Source of the DNA: Lama guanicoe | Taxonomy: Eukaryota | Length of the DNA stretch: 64,000 nt | Assembly: GCA_013239625.1 (NCBI GenBank) | Contig: MU055178.1 | Span: 8,306,873-8,370,872 of the forward strand | Reading direction: 5' to 3' | In this document: positions 58,301 to 64,000 of the stretch, piece after piece | Layout: every line of letters begins with the position of its first letter | Numbering within the stretch: position 1 is the stretch's first letter | Translations under genes and position numbers: made by a program | The notes under the pieces: model-generated | Database searches by the model: none | What the model was told of the DNA's origin: nothing | The model's input: only the letters and a program-made list of their open reading frames with translations

Positions 58301-61300
58301 AGCAAAGAAGGTTTTATGTGGGACAGTGCATGGTTAATATTCCAGAAGGCAGCTCAGGAAGGCCTGTGACATACAAAGAGGTCTGTTTAGGAAGAAACAC
58401 ACACATGGAGAGGGCTTAATTGAGGGAACAACAGCTTATGTTTTGGGCCTGGTGGTCTCAGGACTCAGCAGCCAGGAGTGCCACACAGACCGCCCAGGCT
58501 CTGGGAAGGGAAAGAGTGCAGCCTGCAGGGGGTGGGGGCCCACAGAACTAAGACACAGAGAAACAGGGCGTCAGCAACAGATCTGAACTCAGGGACACTT
58601 AGCAATTCTTCTGTTTACCTCCAAATAACTTGTTATGTTACACCCATGAGGTGCGTGTCACCCCTTCCCCATTTCTGTGTCCCTTTTAGCTTCTCAGATG
58701 GTCCCTGCCTCCAATGTGGATGACCTTTCCTGCCCTCCACTCTATCCCATCTCTCCACAGTGCCACCCATCTGCTCTCCTTCCTCTGCTTTCTGCAGAGT
58801 GACATACCGCCTCCTCTCCAAGGCTGAGCCCCCGACAAGAGCAGCCTCAGCCCCATCCCCCTGACTGCCCCAAGGCCTTGCTTCAGTGACAGTGTGGGAG
58901 GGACCCCCAGCCCCACTCACCCAGTGGCTTCTCCTTAGCTGGCATCTGTCCTCTTCCTTCACCATCCTCTCCCTTACTGGCAAAATTTCTTTAAAAATAT
59001 TTGTAACTTGTTCTGTTCTACTCATTTACTTTTTATTCTGTGCATTTGAAATTCACCCCACCCCTGCAACCTTGGAAATGAATGTCTGAGGCACCCCAGG
59101 GCCCTCCAGTTATACAACCTCGGGGGCTCTGTCTCGTTCACCTTGACCACCTGGTTCCGGGGCACCCGGCACACTGCTGTGCCCCGACCCACCACAGCCC
59201 TGCAGAGCTGCACTCGTCTGTTTCTCTGGTCACTGTTTGCTCTGCTCGCTTCCTACCCAACACAGGCAGATGTTCTCCAAGATCCTATAATTCATTTTCT
59301 TACTCTATTCTGTTCTCCCTTTGTGAACTTAACTATTTTTTACAACTAAAGCTTCTAGGTTTTACCTCTCTTGAGCTCTACTCCTATACTGCCAAATACC
59401 TGCTAGACATCATCACCAAAATCTGCTGACAGAACCTCAAATAAATAAAATGTTCAAAACGCATCACGTTTCCTCCTTTGTGCCAGCCTCTACTGTCATT
59501 TTCTTATGTCTGTCCATGACACTACCTTCCTTTCCACCATCTAATTTGGAAACTTAGCCTGAGCATCCCCCTTCTGGACCCACTCACTTCTTTATCATGA
59601 CCACTGTGATTTCCCCTCATGGCCTATCTTCCAGCACACCCTTCCTGATCACACTGTTGGGTGTCTAAGCTCACATCAGTCCACTGGCTTTAATGAACTG
59701 CTTGTTCCCAGATGTGCATGGTCAAATCTTACGGCTCATCAGGGCTCAGCTCAAAAGCCACTTCCTTGACAAAGCCTTTGACCCACCTCCTTTCAGCTCT
59801 GGATGGAATAGCCTCTCCCTTCTCTAAATCCCCAAGGCACTTACCACCTCTGTTTCCAACACAATTATTTGCATCTTACCAGGAGAGTCTCTAACAAACA
59901 TCCTGTTACCACTTTTTTTGCCCTGTGCACAGCAAGTATTCAGTGAATATTTGGTGAATGTATAGATGCTGCTTGTACTTCAAGGTTTTCTGGCAAGTAT
60001 TTAGGGAAGAGGGTAGGGAAAACAAAAAGATACAGGAGACATCACCCTGCCAATAGCAGGGAGAAACTTCCAGCAGGAAGTTTACCCGTTCAATCCAAAA
60101 TTTCAAGGACCGTACCCTTCCCACTCACAAGGTACACATTTCTCAAGCACATGTGCAGAAGCAACAGCACGTGCAGAGGCATGGGGCTCTGAAGAAGCAC
60201 AGCATGCTTGGCCAACGGCAGAAGCTCAGGTAATTAAGACCCTCGCCTCTGTGCAGTTAAGGATCAGAGTTTCACAGTATCAACCAGCTCTAGCCCTGCT
60301 GTGACATCAAAGTAATCTGAGTGATACTTTCCCCTGTGGAAGTACAGGAGGAAGGACCCCTGGCCATTCCACATACAGATATGAGCCAGACAGGAGGAAA
60401 CACGCTGGGTCAGACTTGGGGTTTTGCTCAGTCTCATGTACTCTGTCACCTGCAGTTCGGGAGAATACGATGTGGGAGGACAGGACTGCTATTTGCTGGC
60501 TCTCTTTTCCAAATCCTTCAGCTTTCTTTTCCAAATCCATTTTTTATCCTTTGCAGGTAACAAGTTCCATAAGATTACTACCTGTGATGTGAAGAAGCTC
60601 CTCTTACTGACACTGCTACCAGGCTACCCAGGGACTCTCTTCCCTTTGCAAAATCAACTAACCCTATGCCAGCCAAGTAACTAATCCTTAAGCCTGGATG
60701 GTCCTGAACTCTAGGGAGTCCACCTTGGTGGCCTGTAAGCATTGATGGGACATATGGACCATACACAGTGATGCCACCTCCTCTCAGGACAGAACCACAT
60801 GCTCTCTGCTCAGTCTTACAGACAACCTCAAACCTAGCGCCCTACCTGCTGAACTCAGGCTGTCAGGCTGTTTGCTGAAGTCCAGTTTCCTCTTAGCTCC
60901 TGTACCACTTTTCTTGGTGCTTCTGTCCTATCACCTTCTCTCTCTCTACTTTTTTATTCTCTCCTCCTTATATACTTCTCTCCTGGCCACAATGGCCAAG
61001 TCAGGATTTCTGGGGGTTGTTGCTGGTTCTCCACATTAATAAGCTGCCTGACATGATAATATAATCTGTCCAATTATTAACAACTTTGTTTCCCTTTCTC
61101 TGCACCTCAATTTCCTTAACAAGAAGCAACAGTTCTCCACTTTTGAGCAAGAAGGGGAATAAAAGGATTTAAATGTTTTTCAACTGTCTTTCGCCTCCTC
61201 TAGCACAGGAAGAGGCTGACAGGGGTCTGAGGGATGCTGGTACCAGAGGAAGTCCTCCAGGGAGCAGGGACAGACAGATGGCTGTTTGGTCACAACATAG

Positions 61301-63708
61301 TCCCGACCGTTCTGGCAGACGGATGACTTGCGGAGCCGCAGGTACTGTTCTTTATAGCCTAAAATGCAGCCATCTCCATAATCTCCAGGGTCTGTGGAGT
61401 GAGCCAACCATATGGTATAGTCCTTCTCTTCACCTAAAGGAAAGATAGGCTGTTCAGGAAACTGCATGGCACAGACTCCACCCACGTGAGGCAGCTGCCA
61501 GGCTATAGGGAGAACAAGGAGAGGGAAAGTGGGGATGTCTGACTTGCTTCCTTTAGGAACTGCTCATGAAAAGTTCCATTAGTGGGAGCCTACTAGTAAC
61601 TGGCATTTCCTCATGACTAAGAACAAGTTTTTGATCTCGCCATCCATTTGAGTTTTAGGAAAAACCTTATTTATTTTGAAGAGGGAAGCTGGATAGAGAA
61701 CCTCTAAGGTTTCTTCCACACTGAGAGGCTGCTGTCTTTAATTCTTATACACCTGTGCCCTCGGTCAGCGGGAGCTGTCAGAGGTAAGCAACTAGATGTT
61801 TGCTCTTAGGACAAGATATCAATTAGCCAAAAGCATGGATTTAATTTCACTATGGGTTAGTTTGCTTCAAACAGAAGGGAAAACATTCTCTTTCTAGACT
61901 TCTAACTCTTGCTGACTGGCTTTCAAATGAAGACTGTTGATGACAGTCAACCTGGCTTAGTATATCATACCATCCACTCCTGGAAAAATGACTCAAAGAC
62001 TATGGCCTAAAGATTGTGGATGAGGTTTTTATTCTTCAGGATAGGAAGACCAGCACAGAGCCCGCTAAAGAGCAGGTGCTTAACAAATCCTTTAATGATG
62101 TTAAACTTCAGGGATAACTGTAGAGCTGCCTGCTGAGGGGAAAACTTATAAGCCAGCTCCTCTACAGCCTGTTTAGGGAATTTAGATAATAATGAAGCTC
62201 CAGTTTTAAATCATGTTGAAACATTTTGTAGAAGAGTAACGTCCACACTGATTGCTTCTGCTTCCTGCAGGAGTCACTGAATTGACATGCTGAGGAAATA
62301 GGGCCCTAATAAAGTCTCATAATGAAAAAAAAAAAAAAATAAAGTCTCATAATGGTCAGGACCAAAATTCAAATAAAGCGCCTCGAAACTTTTGGTCTTC
62401 TACCGTATTATGCCAAATAAGAAACTACGGGTCACAGGTGGTCACTTTTTCTCCAGTTTTTTCTTTTATCCTCCATATTTTCAGTACAATGTCAGCATCT
62501 TTGGTACTGGGCACCTGGGTTTGCTTGTGATTCTTTAGGAACACCTTGCAATAAATATTTTAACTCCTTTCTGAAGTCATTTTCTGGGCCTTTAACATGT
62601 CTTCCAGTTTGAAGTCACAGCATTCGGAAATGGTCAGTGTGGGCTTCACGCCTGCTCAGTAGCCAGACTAGAGCCTCACCCATGACTGATGTTCAAGCCA
62701 AATTCTGCACGGAAACTTCCTCACTTCAACATGTTGATAAGTGACACAATCAGTTAGATGCTCTTTGCAACACACTTCCCTCTAAAGTTTCCTCTTTACA
62801 GTTCTGCTGTTAATCAAGGGTGAAAAACCCTGAAGTAGTTTGAAATAATTTTAGACAAACATAAACATGCATTATCCTTGCAAGCAGAATTCTCAGAAAA
62901 TGTTACAGAGATCTAACAGTGCAAAACTATACTCTCCTATATGGTCCACATGTGGCTGGTCTGAACTGAAATTTACTATAAGGGTGAGTGTAAAATATGC
63001 ACTGGATTTGGAGGACTTGGAAAAAAAAGAATGTAAAATATTTCATTAATAATTTTAAGAGGGGAAGGTATATAGCTCAGTGGTAGAGTCCATGCTTAGC
63101 ATGCACAAGGTCCTGGGTTCAATCCTCAGTACCTCCATCAAAAAAAAAAAAAAAAGACTGTTTAAAAAGTAATTTAAAAATATTGCTTATATGTGGAAAT
63201 AGTATTTTGGCTATATTGAAATAATTTTATTATTAAAATTAATTTTACCTCTTTTACTTTTATAATGTAGCTAGCTGATAGAAGAATTTAAATTATATAT
63301 GTAGCCCTCATTTTACTTCTCTTGGACAGGGCTAATCCAAAGAGAGAAGCTGCTTTTCTGATACCATTCCATTGCCTGCTCACCCACGTGGAAGATCCTT
63401 CAATTCTCTCTTATATACATGATTTTCTTATTCCAGCTAGAAGAAATTAAACTCAATTGGTTATTTAGGAAATGGGCTTACAAGTTTCTCATAGGAAAGG
63501 TCAAAGGAGACACTCACAGTTCCTTTCAAGGATGTCTTTAAAATCAATGGTGTAGGAGACCCACTGGCGAGTCAGGAAAGATTCTGTGAAACCCCAGATG
63601 CTGATGTTCATGGACCTGGCTCCAGGTTCTGAAGCCAGGCCGGTAAAGTAGATAGGCTCCCTGGTAAACATGTAGGTTTGCCAGCACTGACCTTCGTCTG
63701 TGGAGAAC
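55298..63708 (-). CDS. SORT1: Sortilin, 3' part (exons 14-20; gene continues beyond the window); join of 63708-63518, 61433-61244, 58243-58127, 57536-57428, 56009-55903, about 55653-55530, 55312-55298
   Basis: FSTDEGQCW Asp-box, 10CC module (GCILGYKEQ..., [19 protein letters not shown]), [26 protein letters not shown], acidic dileucine tail DEDLLE*. Confidence 0.97.
55530..55653 (-). CDS. SORT1: SORT1 exon 19 (mostly N-masked; start inferred)
   Basis: Only ...AT GAG|GTGAGA is visible next to the N-run 55535-55666. Confidence 0.7.
55903..56009 (-). CDS. SORT1: SORT1 exon 18 (TM)
   Basis: [18 protein letters not shown]...KKYVCGG; AG/GT. Confidence 0.95.
56537..56635 (-). CDS. SORT1: SORT1 alternative exon 17b (99 nt, 33 aa, in frame)
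   Basis: gtgtttgtgtgtgtgattgcacag|[33 protein letters not shown]|gtaggt; resembles the TDP-43-regulated exon 17b known from mouse. Confidence 0.85.
57428..57536 (-). CDS. SORT1: SORT1 exon 17
   Basis: [12 protein letters not shown]...NFLSPEKQ; AG/GT. Confidence 0.95.
57870..58050. mobile_element. MER3-like hAT-Charlie DNA transposon remnant
   Basis: gtagccacacagggttagtggctaccgtatcagaca...agaacatttccaccatcaca. Confidence 0.65.
58127..58243 (-). CDS. SORT1: SORT1 exon 16
   Basis: [17 protein letters not shown]...HLTTN; AG/GT. Confidence 0.95.
59330..59975 (+). mobile_element. L2 LINE remnant
   Basis: tacctgctagacatc...agggctcagctcaaaagccacttcc...tattcagtgaatatttggtgaatg. Confidence 0.55.
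61244..61433 (-). CDS. SORT1: SORT1 exon 15
   Basis: [12 protein letters not shown]...CPCSLEDFL; AG/GT. Confidence 0.95.
62308..62354 (+). mobile_element. Poly(A)-only insertion with a 17-bp target-site duplication
   Basis: AATAAAGTCTCATAATG-(A)13-AATAAAGTCTCATAATG. Confidence 0.75.
62930..63332. mobile_element. MER33-like hAT-Charlie element split by a younger SINE
   Basis: ccacatgtggct...gtgtaaaatatgcactggattt...aaagaatgtaaaatatttcattaataatttt...attaaaattaatttta...ttggacag. Confidence 0.7.
63061..63155 (+). mobile_element. tRNA-Ala-derived SINE (Vic-1 type, camelid)
   Basis: GGGGAAGGTATATAGCTCAGTGGTAGAG (A box), AGC anticodon arm, GGGTTCAATCC (B box), then TACCTCCATC and an A16 tail. Confidence 0.85.
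63518..63708 (-). CDS. SORT1: SORT1 exon 14
   Basis: [12 protein letters not shown]...[11 protein letters not shown]; AG/GT. Confidence 0.95.
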
Positions 63709-64000
63709 CTGAAACCACAGTTAGAGAAAGATCATGACAGAGAATCAACACTATGGGAATATCAGGAAACCATTATGGCTGCTTGATCCCAAATCAGAGA
63801 AAAATTCTTATATTTAGGTGGTGGCTTACTGACTCACAGTTATATTAATTGTTAATGCCTATAGTTAACAGGGAAAAGAGAGAAGGAAAGGGGGGAAGGA
63901 AGAAAGAGGGCGAGAGGGAGGGAGGGGCGGGGGGGAGGAAGAATGAGTAAGAAGAAAATGCCTTTTTAATAAAAATTCTTCCAAAGGAAAGAGAGGTTGG

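Noticed and set aside
63061-63140. Functional tRNA-Ala(AGC) gene
   Set aside because: Poorly paired acceptor and anticodon stems, extra bases at the 5' end, an A-rich tail and insertion inside another repeat indicate a SINE
1-64000. CRISPR arrays, operons or prokaryotic defence systems
   Set aside because: Spliced mammalian locus; no repeat-spacer array or prokaryotic gene signal seen

Overview
Mammalian genomic DNA containing the conserved CELSR2-PSRC1-MYBPHL-SORT1 block, orthologous to the human 1p13.3 LDL-cholesterol locus. A tRNA-Ala-derived SINE of the Vic-1 type suggests a camelid. The + strand carries the complete 34-exon CELSR2 gene (adhesion GPCR, about 2922 aa; CDS 839-23725). The - strand carries PSRC1/DDA3 (about 326 aa), MYBPHL (354-codon frame, but with a destroyed intron-4 splice donor and several substitutions at core residues) and the last seven coding exons plus long 3'UTR of SORT1, including an open, in-frame, UG-flanked exon 17b. 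Five 132-156 nt N-runs hide exonic sequence. There is no CRISPR array, rRNA or bona fide tRNA. The most notable observations are the apparent incipient loss of MYBPHL, a degenerate p53-RE-like decamer array in PSRC1 intron 1, a frameshifted PSRC1 retained intron, a convergent CTCF pair between CELSR2 and PSRC1, a poly(A)-only insertion with a 17-bp target-site duplication, a candidate TDP-43-repressed cryptic donor in CELSR2, and a perfect 14-bp hairpin in the PSRC1 3'UTR. Comparisons with human and mouse sequences are from recall and need alignment to confirm.
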